Source of the DNA: an uncultured virus (IMG/VR IMGVR_UViG_3300025309_000012)
Lineage: Duplodnaviria > Heunggongvirae > Uroviricota > Caudoviricetes
Direction: 5' to 3' (one strand)
DNA: 20,000 nt
IMG/VR virus record: IMGVR_UViG_3300025309_000012
The translations under genes were made by a program, and so were the position numbers. Below the pieces are notes generated by a model. It was given only the letters and a program-made list of their open reading frames with translations. It did no database searches and was not told the origin of the DNA. Within the stretch, counting starts at the first letter, position 1. Every line of letters begins with the position of its first letter. Shown in pieces: positions 1-7,050 of this stretch.

Positions 1-45
1 TTGATTTAAATTATCTTGTTTTAATATTTTTTTATCCATAATTAT

Positions 46-122
46 TGGGGTGAAGTGTGAGAATCGAACTCACTAGAACCTGATTCACAGTCAGGAGGAT
101 CAACCGTTTTCCTTACTCCACC
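46..122 (-). tRNA. tRNA-His (GUG) with encoded G-1 and CCA
   Basis: Reverse complement folds as a cloverleaf: acceptor GTGGAGT/ACTTCAC, G-1:C73 pair typical of tRNA-His, anticodon arm CCTGA-CT GTG AA-TCAGG, T arm GTGAG-TTCGATT-CTCAC, 3' CCA. Position 8 appears to be A rather than the usual U. Confidence 0.93.
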
Positions 123-130
123 ATAAAATT

Positions 131-319
131 TTATTCAATAACTACAAATTCGTTTATGATAGAATCTACTTTTCTAATAACTTCTTCAAGTGTTTCTTTT
201 TTTATCATGCACTCAAGTTCAAGCTCTGGACAAGACTGGGTTAGGGAATCTAATTGATCTAATTCATCTCTCCACTCATCAGTCATCTCTTCTAACAATT
301 CAATAATTTCATCATCCAT
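131..319 (-). CDS. small acidic hypothetical protein (62 aa)
   Basis: ORF track; very D/E-rich; lies just downstream of the sigma28-like promoter at 351-378. Confidence 0.7.
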   Translation of the reverse strand: MDDEIIELLEEMTDEWRDELDQLDSLTQSCPELELECMIKKETLEEVIRKVDSIINEFVVIE

Positions 320-350
320 ATCAATTCCAATTCATTCTAAGTTTATTTAC

Positions 351-378
351 TTATCGGCATAAGTTAGCAAAAACTTTA
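351..378 (-). promoter_or_regulatory. sigma28 (FliA/SigD)-type promoter
   Basis: Minus strand reads TAAAGTTT-N12-GCCGATAA; the FliA consensus is TAAAGTTT-N11-GCCGATAA. Confidence 0.7.
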
Positions 379-384
379 ATATTT

Positions 385-555
385 TTATTCTTCTAATTCA
401 AGATACTCTTCATTGAATCTTTCAATCGATTCTCTTTCTAAATTTTTATTTTTTAAAGCCTTCCCAAATCTATCTCTCATCTTTATTTTTGGCTTTATTT
501 TTTTATTAAATTTTTTACTTTTGTGCTTTGTTTTAAAATCATCTTCTTGAAACAC
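385..555 (-). CDS. small hypothetical protein (56 aa, MFQEDDFKTKHKSKK...EEYLELEE)
   Basis: Hand-translated; GTG start after AAGAGGG; fills the gap between neighbouring minus-strand genes. Confidence 0.65.
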   Translation of the reverse strand: MFQEDDFKTKHKSKKFNKKIKPKIKMRDRFGKALKNKNLERESIERFNEEYLELEE

Positions 556-570
556 TTTTATCCCTCTTTT

Positions 571-798
571 TTATTTTCTATCTCCAAATAAAATCCAAAC
601 ATCGCCTTTTAAAATTTTATGTGGTATTTCTGGTATATCATATTTTCTTAATTTTTTAAATTCTTCTAAATCTAAAACAATCGCAATCCCGTTTTTGTCA
701 TCTGCGTAAATACAATTATTTATTTTTAATCCATTGAATCTAATTTGAATGTTTGAAATTAAATTAGATTCAATGGCTTTCTTAAGATCTATTTTCAT
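571..798 (-). CDS. hypothetical protein
   Basis: ORF track 571-807; ATG at 798 preferred because AGGAG lies about 9 nt upstream. Confidence 0.7.
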   Translation of the reverse strand: MKIDLKKAIESNLISNIQIRFNGLKINNCIYADDKNGIAIVLDLEEFKKLRKYDIPEIPHKILKGDVWILFGDRK

Positions 799-799
799 T

Positions 800-1009
800 T
801 CAAACAACTCCTAAATTAATCTGGCATTCTTTTATGTCAAGGATTTCTATATTGTCAAGAAATCTACATTTTTTAATATTATTCTCTTTGTCCAAAACAA
901 TGTATGGACAAATTTTAACAACTGCTGTTTTATTTTCAAACTGGCATTTTATAATTTGGTAACAATAAAATCCCTCAGGTATTAATTCAACTGGCATTTG
1001 TTGGTTCAT
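800..1009 (-). CDS. Cys-containing hypothetical phage protein (IPEGFYCY...CPY...CRFL...KEC)
   Basis: ORF track; GGGAG RBS; Cys pattern of a small phage protein. Confidence 0.75.
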   Translation of the reverse strand: MNQQMPVELIPEGFYCYQIIKCQFENKTAVVKICPYIVLDKENNIKKCRFLDNIEILDIKECQINLGVV

Positions 1010-1023
1010 ATATAACTCCCATA

Positions 1024-1052
1024 AATATAATCATTGCAAATAACGTTGTCAA
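1024..1052 (-). promoter_or_regulatory. sigma70-type promoter
   Basis: TTGACA-17 nt-TATATT on the minus strand immediately upstream of 800-1009. Confidence 0.65.
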
Positions 1053-1079
1053 GTACTAGATCCAATTTGCTATAACAAC

Positions 1080-1106
1080 TTATCGGAATATTTTTATCAA
1101 ACTTTA
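1080..1106 (-). promoter_or_regulatory. sigma28 (FliA/SigD)-type promoter
   Basis: Minus strand reads TAAAGTTT-N11-TCCGATAA, with canonical spacing. Confidence 0.7.
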
Positions 1107-1353
1107 ATAACATTATTTTTCAATCATAACATTCAAAATGTTAGCATTAAATTTTATGTTATTAATTTGAGTTTTAGTAAACAGATTGTAAAAGCAAAGT
1201 TTTTAAAAAAAATAATAATAAGCCACAACGTGGCTTGAGTGTTTGCGCAAGCAAACACATTTTCATAATTTTTTATTAATATTTTTATGAAAATAAAAAT
1301 ATATTCGTAGAATAATCTTGTAAAGATTTATTCCTTAATATCTTGTAGAATAT

Positions 1354-1521
1354 ATTAGTCAATTTTGTCTATGACCAAGAAACCTATTTTTGTCTATGAT
1401 TCATCGCCATTTTTGACTATGAACAGTCATTAAATTTGCCAAAAATGACTATAGTTTCTATACCAAATTTTAGTCAGTACTTGACAAAATTGACTAAAGA
1501 TGTTACCTTCTATGTCTATAG
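1354..1521 (+). repeat. iteron-like repeats TTTTGWCTATGA
   Basis: Copies at 1363-1374, 1388-1399, 1411-1422; variants at 1443-1454, 1488-1499, 1511-1521; inverted variants near 1354-1364 and 1468-1476. Confidence 0.7.
1481..1509 (+). promoter_or_regulatory. sigma70-type promoter of the HTH gene
   Basis: TTGACA-17 nt-TACCTT with TGn extension; overlapped by iteron-like repeats. Confidence 0.6.
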
Positions 1522-1538
1522 TTAAAAATTAAAAAGAG

Positions 1539-1967
1539 GTGGAAATGGAAACAGAAATTAATCCAAGTATAAGGCCGGGTTTGCTAACAATTCCAATTGA
1601 ATTAGTTATGAACCCGAACATTCCAGAGAGTTCAAAAACTTTGTTTGGTGTTTTTAATTTATACAAAAATAAAACAGGAGGATGTTGGGCAAGCAATTCT
1701 TTTTTATTTTCAATACTTAGGCATAATGAAAGAACAATTACTAGAAATATTAAAATATTATCGGATTGGCATTATATAAAAATTGAAAATAAAAACAGGT
1801 CAAATAAAAGGAGAATTTTTATTTGTGGCTATCAAGAAATATATGGCGATATTTGTGATAAAATTTATGACACAAGAAGAAATCCAGAAAAATTAGATAA
1901 TGAATTTGTTAAAAGCGAATTTTTAAGATTAAAAAATGAATTTATTAAGAAAAATGATTGCATATAA
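1539..1967 (+). CDS. helix-turn-helix protein resembling the N-terminus of phage replication initiators/replisome organisers
   Basis: IPxELVMNPNIPESSKTLFG...GCWASNSFL...NERTITRNIKIL...YIKIE matches the HTH_36-like pattern of phage initiators. Confidence 0.75.
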   Translation: MEMETEINPSIRPGLLTIPIELVMNPNIPESSKTLFGVFNLYKNKTGGCWASNSFLFSILRHNERTITRNIKILSDWHYIKIENKNRSNKRRIFICGYQEIYGDICDKIYDTRRNPEKLDNEFVKSEFLRLKNEFIKKNDCI

Positions 1968-2268
1968 ATTGTTTAGAAAAAGAAAAGATCAGACACTTGC
2001 GCCATTATTTATTAATAAAAGACAGGTCATAGTTTTAAATCAATGGCTAGAAGCAGAAGAACATCAAACCAATGGCTATGCTTTTAGACCGGGTTGGCAT
2101 TGTTGTGTAAAACCATTTGCCCCACATTTATCAGAAAAAGACAGAGCCTGGTATAAAGTTGAAATTGAAAATTATGAATTTTTTACCAGACCAGAAAGTC
2201 AAGGTGGGGTCTGGGTTTTGGCACAAAGAATGAAAGCTTTAGAAGAAATTAATAAAGAAGTGAATTAA
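1954..2268 (+). CDS. hypothetical phage protein (MIAYKLFRKRKD...RPGWHC...RPESQGGVW)
   Basis: ORF track 1936-2268; second ATG preferred; motif pattern resembles a recurrent phage family. Confidence 0.8.
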   Translation: MIAYKLFRKRKDQTLAPLFINKRQVIVLNQWLEAEEHQTNGYAFRPGWHCCVKPFAPHLSEKDRAWYKVEIENYEFFTRPESQGGVWVLAQRMKALEEINKEVN

Positions 2269-2301
2269 ATAATTATAAAATTAAGATATGGCTTAATTAA
2301 A

Positions 2302-2517
2302 ATGAATCGTAAATTCCCAATAAAAGAAGAAATTTGCAATATTTGTTATAGTGTGGGTAAAATTCACCTTAATAAATTTACAGATACTTTTTCTGATATG
2401 TCAATAAAAGATGGTGTTTGTTATAAATGTAGAGGAACGGGATTTGTTATTAAAGAAATGAGCATTGATGAAAAACTAGAATATTTATTAAATGCAGTAA
2501 TGGATAATTTAAAATGA
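2302..2517 (+). CDS. small zinc-finger protein (CxxCxxxG...CxxCxGxG)
   Basis: CNICYSVG and CYKCRGTG, DnaJ-type zinc-finger-like motifs. Confidence 0.75.
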   Translation: MNRKFPIKEEICNICYSVGKIHLNKFTDTFSDMSIKDGVCYKCRGTGFVIKEMSIDEKLEYLLNAVMDNLK

Positions 2518-2590
2518 AAAATTATTATTTTCTGTAACAAGAAAAGATTTTGATGTCCAAACATTTTGTTCTGGTACAGGAGTTTTATGA
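2514..2590 (+). pseudogene. 5' remnant of a peptide-chain-release-factor-like (RF-1 domain/ArfB-like) gene
   Basis: With one A added to the A5 run after ATG it reads MKKLLFSVTRKDFDVQTFCSGTGVL*, resembling the N-terminus of phage RF-like proteins just before the GGQ motif; the stop overlaps the HNH start (ATGA). Confidence 0.6.
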
Positions 2591-3072
2591 CAATTAAACA
2601 TGGCATGTGTAAAACTAAAGAATATTACACATGGAGGAATATAATAAATAGATGCCTTTATAAAGATGGGATAAATTATCCAGATTATGGTGGGAAAGGA
2701 ATAACCATTTGTGATGAATGGAAAAATAGTTTTATGAAATTTGTCAATGATGTCGGTTTATGCCCAGATGATAAATCTTCATTAGATAGAATAGAGAATA
2801 CAAAAGGTTACTATAAAGAAAATTGTAGATGGGCAACTTGCTCGGAACAAGCTATGAATAGAGGACCAAAGAAAGATGGGATAGTAAAATTCAAAGGAGT
2901 TGTTTACGAACCAAAGAAAAAATTATATAGAGCTAGAATAATGTCAAACGGGAAAACAAAATCTCTTGGTAGGAGGAAGACTGCTGAAGAGGCAGCGAAA
3001 CTTTATGATAAAGCAGCAGAAGAATTGTTTGGTGAATTTGTTTTAACCAATAAAAAGCTCGGCCTGCTATAA
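2587..3072 (+). CDS. HNH homing endonuclease with C-terminal AP2 DNA-binding domain
   Basis: KHGM..TKEYYTW..RC..YPDYGGKGITICDEW..SLDRIENTKGYYKENCRWAT..EQAMNR (HNH); FKGV..YRARI..GKTKSLG..TAEEAAKLYDKAAEELFGEF (AP2); GGAG RBS before ATG 2587. Confidence 0.92.
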   Translation: MTIKHGMCKTKEYYTWRNIINRCLYKDGINYPDYGGKGITICDEWKNSFMKFVNDVGLCPDDKSSLDRIENTKGYYKENCRWATCSEQAMNRGPKKDGIVKFKGVVYEPKKKLYRARIMSNGKTKSLGRRKTAEEAAKLYDKAAEELFGEFVLTNKKLGLL

Positions 3073-3159
3073 TTTACAAAACTGATAAAAATTATATATA
3101 ATATTTTGACTTTGACATAAGCAAATACAAATATTTTCGTAAAAACGAACCCATACCCA

Positions 3160-3188
3160 TTGACAAAAGCTTATAATTGTGGTATGGT
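3160..3188 (+). promoter_or_regulatory. sigma70-type promoter
   Basis: TTGACA-17 nt-TATGGT with TGn extension. Confidence 0.6.
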
Positions 3189-3205
3189 ATTTTTAAGAGG
3201 ACAAG

Positions 3206-3370
3206 ATGTGGACAGACAATGATATCCCAAGTTGTATTTACGATACCATGGCTTGCGAGGATTGTGGAGCTTGCAGGCCTTCGCCACTGCAAAAATATTT
3301 AGAACAAAAAGAAATTGGTGAAGACGAAGACGAAGACGAAGAATTAGACGTTGAAAATTTAAAGGATTGA
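3206..3370 (+). CDS. small Cys-rich protein with acidic tail (MWTDNDIPSCIYDTMACEDCGACR...EDEDEDEE)
   Basis: Hand-translated 54 aa; AAGAGG RBS; downstream of the promoter at 3160. Confidence 0.7.
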   Translation: MWTDNDIPSCIYDTMACEDCGACRPSPLQKYLEQKEIGEDEDEDEELDVENLKD

Positions 3371-3442
3371 TATTAAATTAAAATGTTACCTAAGAATTGG
3401 CACACATACAAGCGTTTATACTATCATGCGAGGAGGTATAAA

Positions 3443-3553
3443 ATGCCTAAATATAGCATGTATAAAAGAACAATTCATCCCGTACCTAAAATGCCGACTT
3501 GGTATGTTGTGGCTTTGGCAATATTATTTATAATTGGATTGATGATTTTATGA
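3443..3553 (+). CDS. small single-TM protein (36 aa)
   Basis: GAGGAGGT RBS; hydrophobic C-terminus WYVVALAILFIIGLMIL. Confidence 0.65.
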   Translation: MPKYSMYKRTIHPVPKMPTWYVVALAILFIIGLMIL

Positions 3554-3755
3554 AAAATATATTTTAACAGACGGATTCGATCAAAATAAAGTTATTGGTG
3601 AAAGCTGATTAAAATCTAGTTCTTCTAAAAATTTTATATATTTTTCTGTAATCTCAATTTCATCAATAAATTTATCCTATGGTGGAGTTTTAAAAGATGG
3701 AGAATTAACTATCACACAATTTGCAATTATACTAAATGATAATCGAAGAAAGTAA
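3550..3755 (+). pseudogene. small gene disrupted by a 54 bp internal inversion plus a 1-nt homopolymer deletion
   Basis: Flipping 3604-3657 and adding one A after ATG gives MKKYILTDGFDQNKVIGEIEITEKYIKFLEELDFNQLSSINLSYGGVLKDGELTITQFAIILNDNRRK*. Confidence 0.6.
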
Positions 3756-3904
3756 AGCTATATCTGAAAAACAATACAAGGCTTTAGATAATTTTGTAAG
3801 TTTTGGGCCGATTAATAAAATTCAGACTTTTAAACATAAATGCTATTTATGGTGAATATGTAGGATGGGTTAAAATCTATCCACGTTGTGGGTTGTGGAA
3901 ATAA
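3736..3904 (+). pseudogene. small hypothetical gene with probable +1 frameshift near 3817-3820
   Basis: MIIEESKAISEKQYKALDNFVSFGPINK continues in another frame as FRLLNINAIYGEYVGWVKIYPRCGLWK*. Confidence 0.4.
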
Positions 3905-3935
3905 TAAGATTAATTGGACTTAATGGATTAAATAT

Positions 3936-4160
3936 ATGAGAACATTGATCAGACTTATTCGAATTGATTTCGATAACCTTGAGAATAGAGATTGTATTTA
4001 TACAAAATCTATTGGGACTTTTGTTGATGAAAATATTGGGGCATCTGCTTCAGAAAAAGTAGGAGATTTTATTAAAAACATGAAGCCCGAAAAACTATAT
4101 TTAGGCTGGGATATGAATATTTATCCTAAATATAAATTAGAAATTGAATATTTCCAGTGA
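3936..4160 (+). CDS. hypothetical protein
   Basis: ORF track, 74 aa; last gene before the long non-coding region. Confidence 0.7.
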   Translation: MRTLIRLIRIDFDNLENRDCIYTKSIGTFVDENIGASASEKVGDFIKNMKPEKLYLGWDMNIYPKYKLEIEYFQ

Positions 4161-4769
4161 TTATAAATTTATGTAATACTTTTCAATTTTCTTAAAATAT
4201 AAAATCAAGCGTAAAGTGCCCAACCTCGACCTATGGGGTGGGGTGCTTCGGGAAAAATGACCCCATACCCTATGACCTATCCTGCCTTAATCACTTTCCT
4301 AACAATCCTAACAACATTTAGTTCTCCCTAACTATCTTTACCTACCCTAATCAGTTCAACCTAGCCCAACACAATACACAAGTCTTAATAAAGTTAGGTT
4401 AGCTTGACTTTGTTATATAACACCAAGTTTTTAAAACCCGTCTTTATATATTTAGGCCGTCCTAATTAGTTAAACCCTGCCTAATCATCTATTACCAGCA
4501 TTACAATCTAAAGCAAGCCTGCCATAAGCAATGTCTGTGCCTGATAAATATTTATTTTCTTTTTATTCATCTATTATAGTATTACTAATGTTGTTAGGCG
4601 TGTTATGGCCTTAAATAATCGTTTGCTTAACCGTAGTGAGGCGATTACAGGCTTGCATGTGCTAGTATTAGAAAATATATTTCGCTTAACCTTGCGATTT
4701 TGATGTATTAAGTGCGTGTTTTGATTATGTTTATTTCCTAACAATAGCAGTATTGATGTGCTTTAGTTA

Positions 4770-4785
4770 TGGTATAAGTCTTGCT
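4770..4785 (+). promoter_or_regulatory. sigma54-like -24/-12 element
   Basis: TGGTATAAGTCTTGCT = GG-N10-GC, close to the consensus TGGCACNNNNNTTGCW. Confidence 0.4.
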
Positions 4786-4911
4786 TTGTTATGCTACTTC
4801 TATGCCCATATGCTGTTAATTGTGCGTTTTTGGGGTAAATAGTCTGACATTATAAACGCTATTAATGATATGTATTTATTCGTCTTTATTTTAAATTATT
4901 ATTTCTTTTAA

Positions 4912-4924
4912 TATCAAACACTTA
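4912..4924 (+). promoter_or_regulatory. IHF binding consensus
   Basis: TATCAAACACTTA matches WATCAANNNNTTR exactly. Confidence 0.55.
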
Positions 4925-4959
4925 TGCGCAAGTATGTGTAATGATTGATAAAGAAATAT

Positions 4960-4988
4960 TTGACTTATATAAATTAACTTATTATCTT
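4960..4988 (+). promoter_or_regulatory. sigma70-type promoter for the early gene array
   Basis: TTGACT-17 nt-TATCTT upstream of 5036. Confidence 0.6.
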
Positions 4989-5035
4989 GTAATTAACATC
5001 AGCCATTAAGAACAATTACAAAGTGAGGTATAGTT

Positions 5036-5359
5036 ATGAAAGCATCTACAAAGGTATACAGAGTGCTTAGAGCAATGACCGTACATGTACCATACAATGA
5101 CATCGAAATAGATATAGAAGCACTGCAAAACGTTAAAGGCGGGGATTTTATTATAGGTATACGCAAGCTTGGCACAACTAGCTTTATTTATCGAAAACCG
5201 TGTACTAATTGGCTTGATGAATACAAGGAAGTGACAGATACATGGCCTAATATTGAATGGTATTGCGGCAGTGTTAATGAAGGTTGGATTGTGTCATTAA
5301 GTGATAAAGACGTACCAAAAATGCTCAATAATTGGCTTTATATGCATTTTGCTAAGTGA
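5036..5359 (+). CDS. hypothetical protein
   Basis: ORF track; GTGAGGT RBS. Confidence 0.8.
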   Translation: MKASTKVYRVLRAMTVHVPYNDIEIDIEALQNVKGGDFIIGIRKLGTTSFIYRKPCTNWLDEYKEVTDTWPNIEWYCGSVNEGWIVSLSDKDVPKMLNNWLYMHFAK

Positions 5360-5367
5360 GGCTAATT

Positions 5368-5529
5368 ATGAATACCAATAAAAGAGATGCACTCAAGATT
5401 AAGATGGCCTCAAGTCTTTATTTTCTCATGCCTGTTAAAGTCAGACTCCAGGCAGTCAAAGAGCTTGAAGGCTTGCTTGAGACAGGTTCATTGCCTGATA
5501 TTAAATACGTTAGAGTATATGCGTTTTAG
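5368..5529 (+). CDS. small hypothetical protein (MNTNKRDALKIKMASSLYF...VRVYAF, 53 aa)
   Basis: Hand-translated; GTGAGG RBS; better supported than track ORF 5387-5620. Confidence 0.7.
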   Translation: MNTNKRDALKIKMASSLYFLMPVKVRLQAVKELEGLLETGSLPDIKYVRVYAF

Positions 5530-5624
5530 ACTAGCTGGCATAGTCAGGTATGGCTTGAGTTTAAAAACGTCTATACCATGCCTTTACGGTACCTTAAAAT
5601 TGAAATTAGGGAGCAAGTGAGATT

Positions 5625-5822
5625 ATGAAAACAGATAGAGACGTTGACGCTATGACATACGAAATTTTAACTGATGAAACATTGGCAGTTAAAGACAAAT
5701 ATTATATCCGCACTAAATACCCGTTTTGTTATTGTACTGATAGAATGACAAAAAAGCAGGTTGAAAATGTGGCAAAGTCTATGCGGAACCTTGGTTTTAC
5801 TGTAATAGGTAAGACAAAATAA
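5625..5822 (+). CDS. hypothetical protein
   Basis: ORF track; GGAG/GTGAG RBS. Confidence 0.75.
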   Translation: MKTDRDVDAMTYEILTDETLAVKDKYYIRTKYPFCYCTDRMTKKQVENVAKSMRNLGFTVIGKTK

Positions 5823-5831
5823 GGTAAGACA

Positions 5832-5915
5832 ATGAAAACAATGCTAATAACGGCTTGGATTATGTTTTTAGTTGTGATGGCGGTTCAGACAGTTTTGACA
5901 ATCTTTACTTTTTGA
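5832..5915 (+). CDS. small hydrophobic peptide (27 aa)
   Basis: MKTMLITAWIMFLVVMAVQTVLTIFTF; AAGGT RBS; fits between neighbouring genes. Confidence 0.55.
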   Translation: MKTMLITAWIMFLVVMAVQTVLTIFTF

Positions 5916-5925
5916 GGACAAGATT

Positions 5926-6093
5926 ATGAAAGATCTGACAAAGAAAGAATCTAAAGACATGCCTGAAGAAAGAAGGATATTTATTGTTATGCTTGTAACG
6001 GGATCTGATTTTAAAACGGCAAAACAATATTTGATTGCAGAAGAATGGAATATTGACAATGCCGTTATTTCTCTTAAAGGCGATAGAAGATAA
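5926..6093 (+). CDS. small UBA-like/EF-Ts N-terminus-like protein (55 aa)
   Basis: Hand-translated MKDLTKKESKDMPEERRIFIVMLVTGSDFKTAKQYLIAEEWNIDNAVISLKGDRR; GAGGA RBS. Confidence 0.65.
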   Translation: MKDLTKKESKDMPEERRIFIVMLVTGSDFKTAKQYLIAEEWNIDNAVISLKGDRR

Positions 6094-6281
6094 ATTGCTT
6101 TAAACTAGTTCAAACAGTCTTAAACCATGATTGACACAATTTCAATAAAATCAACAACTTATTTTTTAAGAAAAGAAAAAACTCCATATATAACTTATTA
6201 AAAACAGCTATTATAACTCATTGATATTAAAAGATAAGTGAGGAAATAAGAGCTATTAAGAGCAAATGAGAGGATAAGACC

Positions 6282-6425
6282 ATGAAAAAGTATGAAGTGA
6301 TTCTTAAAAGTGGCGAGATCGGCATTTACTTTGGCCGGAAAAAACCTAAGGAAGGAGACAGGGTTAAAATACACATTGGCAATGGCGTTTTTGTCCACGG
6401 CTTTGTCTATGACGTTATGGATTGA
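6282..6425 (+). CDS. small beta-rich hypothetical protein (47 aa)
   Basis: MKKYEVILKSGEIGIYFGRKKPKEGDRVKIHIGNGVFVHGFVYDVMD; GAGAGG RBS. Confidence 0.7.
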   Translation: MKKYEVILKSGEIGIYFGRKKPKEGDRVKIHIGNGVFVHGFVYDVMD

Positions 6426-6534
6426 TTTAAGCCATTTTTAAAACCTGGCATACCTGACTATGGTTTTAATCTAAAAACAGTTCTACGGGCCTAATAGGTG
6501 CCTTTAAGACATATCTAAATCATGAGGTGAGGTT

Positions 6535-7050
6535 ATGAGAACAATTACAGTGAGAATTTACACGTTTGATGAATTGAATGATAAGAGCAAAGAAAAGGCC
6601 ATTGGAAATTTAAGCGATATAAACATTAGTCATGAATGGTGGGATTATACTTTTGAAGATGCTGAAAACATTGGATTGAAAATCAGTGCTTTTGATATCG
6701 GTAGAGGATCTTACGTTAAAGGTAAATTTATTTATTCCGCCGCCGAAGTTGCAGCAAATATTTTACGCGACCATGGTGAAAAGTGTGATACATACCGAAC
6801 TGCGGAAGACTTTCTGACAACCTGGCAACCGGTTTTTAACGATTACATGGATGAAGAGCATGAAAATTATGAAAGCAGGGAAAGTGAGGACAAATTGCAA
6901 GAGATTGAAGAAGAATTTTTACGCTCATTGTGTGAGGACTATCGTATTATGTTGCAAAAAAATTATGAATATTTAACCAGTGGAGAAGCGATAATTGAAA
7001 CAATTCAGGCAAACGAATATGAATTTACAGAAAACGGAGAATTGTATTAG
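6535..7050 (+). CDS. acidic phage protein (YTFDELNDKSKEKA...IQANEYEFTENG family)
   Basis: ORF track; GAGGTGAGG RBS; N- and C-terminal motifs of a recurrent phage early-gene family; strongly acidic. Confidence 0.85.
   Translation: MRTITVRIYTFDELNDKSKEKAIGNLSDINISHEWWDYTFEDAENIGLKISAFDIGRGSYVKGKFIYSAAEVAANILRDHGEKCDTYRTAEDFLTTWQPVFNDYMDEEHENYESRESEDKLQEIEEEFLRSLCEDYRIMLQKNYEYLTSGEAIIETIQANEYEFTENGELY

Larger units (their letters stand above)
1200..1521. other. putative replication origin (hairpin cluster, AT-rich tract, iterons)
   Basis: Non-coding strand-switch region with four short hairpins (1220-1328) and TGWCTA repeats, directly upstream of an HTH initiator-like gene. Confidence 0.55.
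4200..4960. other. long non-coding region, candidate genome terminus or packaging-initiation region
   Basis: No credible ORF; G-run/C-run element at 4235-4270; C-rich tract with CCTAA-like units at ~10 bp phasing (4285-4363); an IHF consensus; followed by early-type genes. Confidence 0.45.

Noticed and set aside
2587..3150. Group I intron carrying the HNH gene
   Set aside because: There is no room for, or sign of, intron core elements, and no downstream exon with GGQ is visible.
3881..3891. CCACGTTGTGG, the reverse complement of 1223-1233
   Set aside because: A single 11-mer inside a probable coding frame; likely chance.
4510..4528. Second sigma54-like site on the minus strand
   Set aside because: GG-to-GC spacing is 7 nt, not the required 10.
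5808..5832. GGTAAGACAA tandem duplication at a gene junction
   Set aside because: A short local duplication that creates an RBS; no evidence of a mobile-element target-site duplication.
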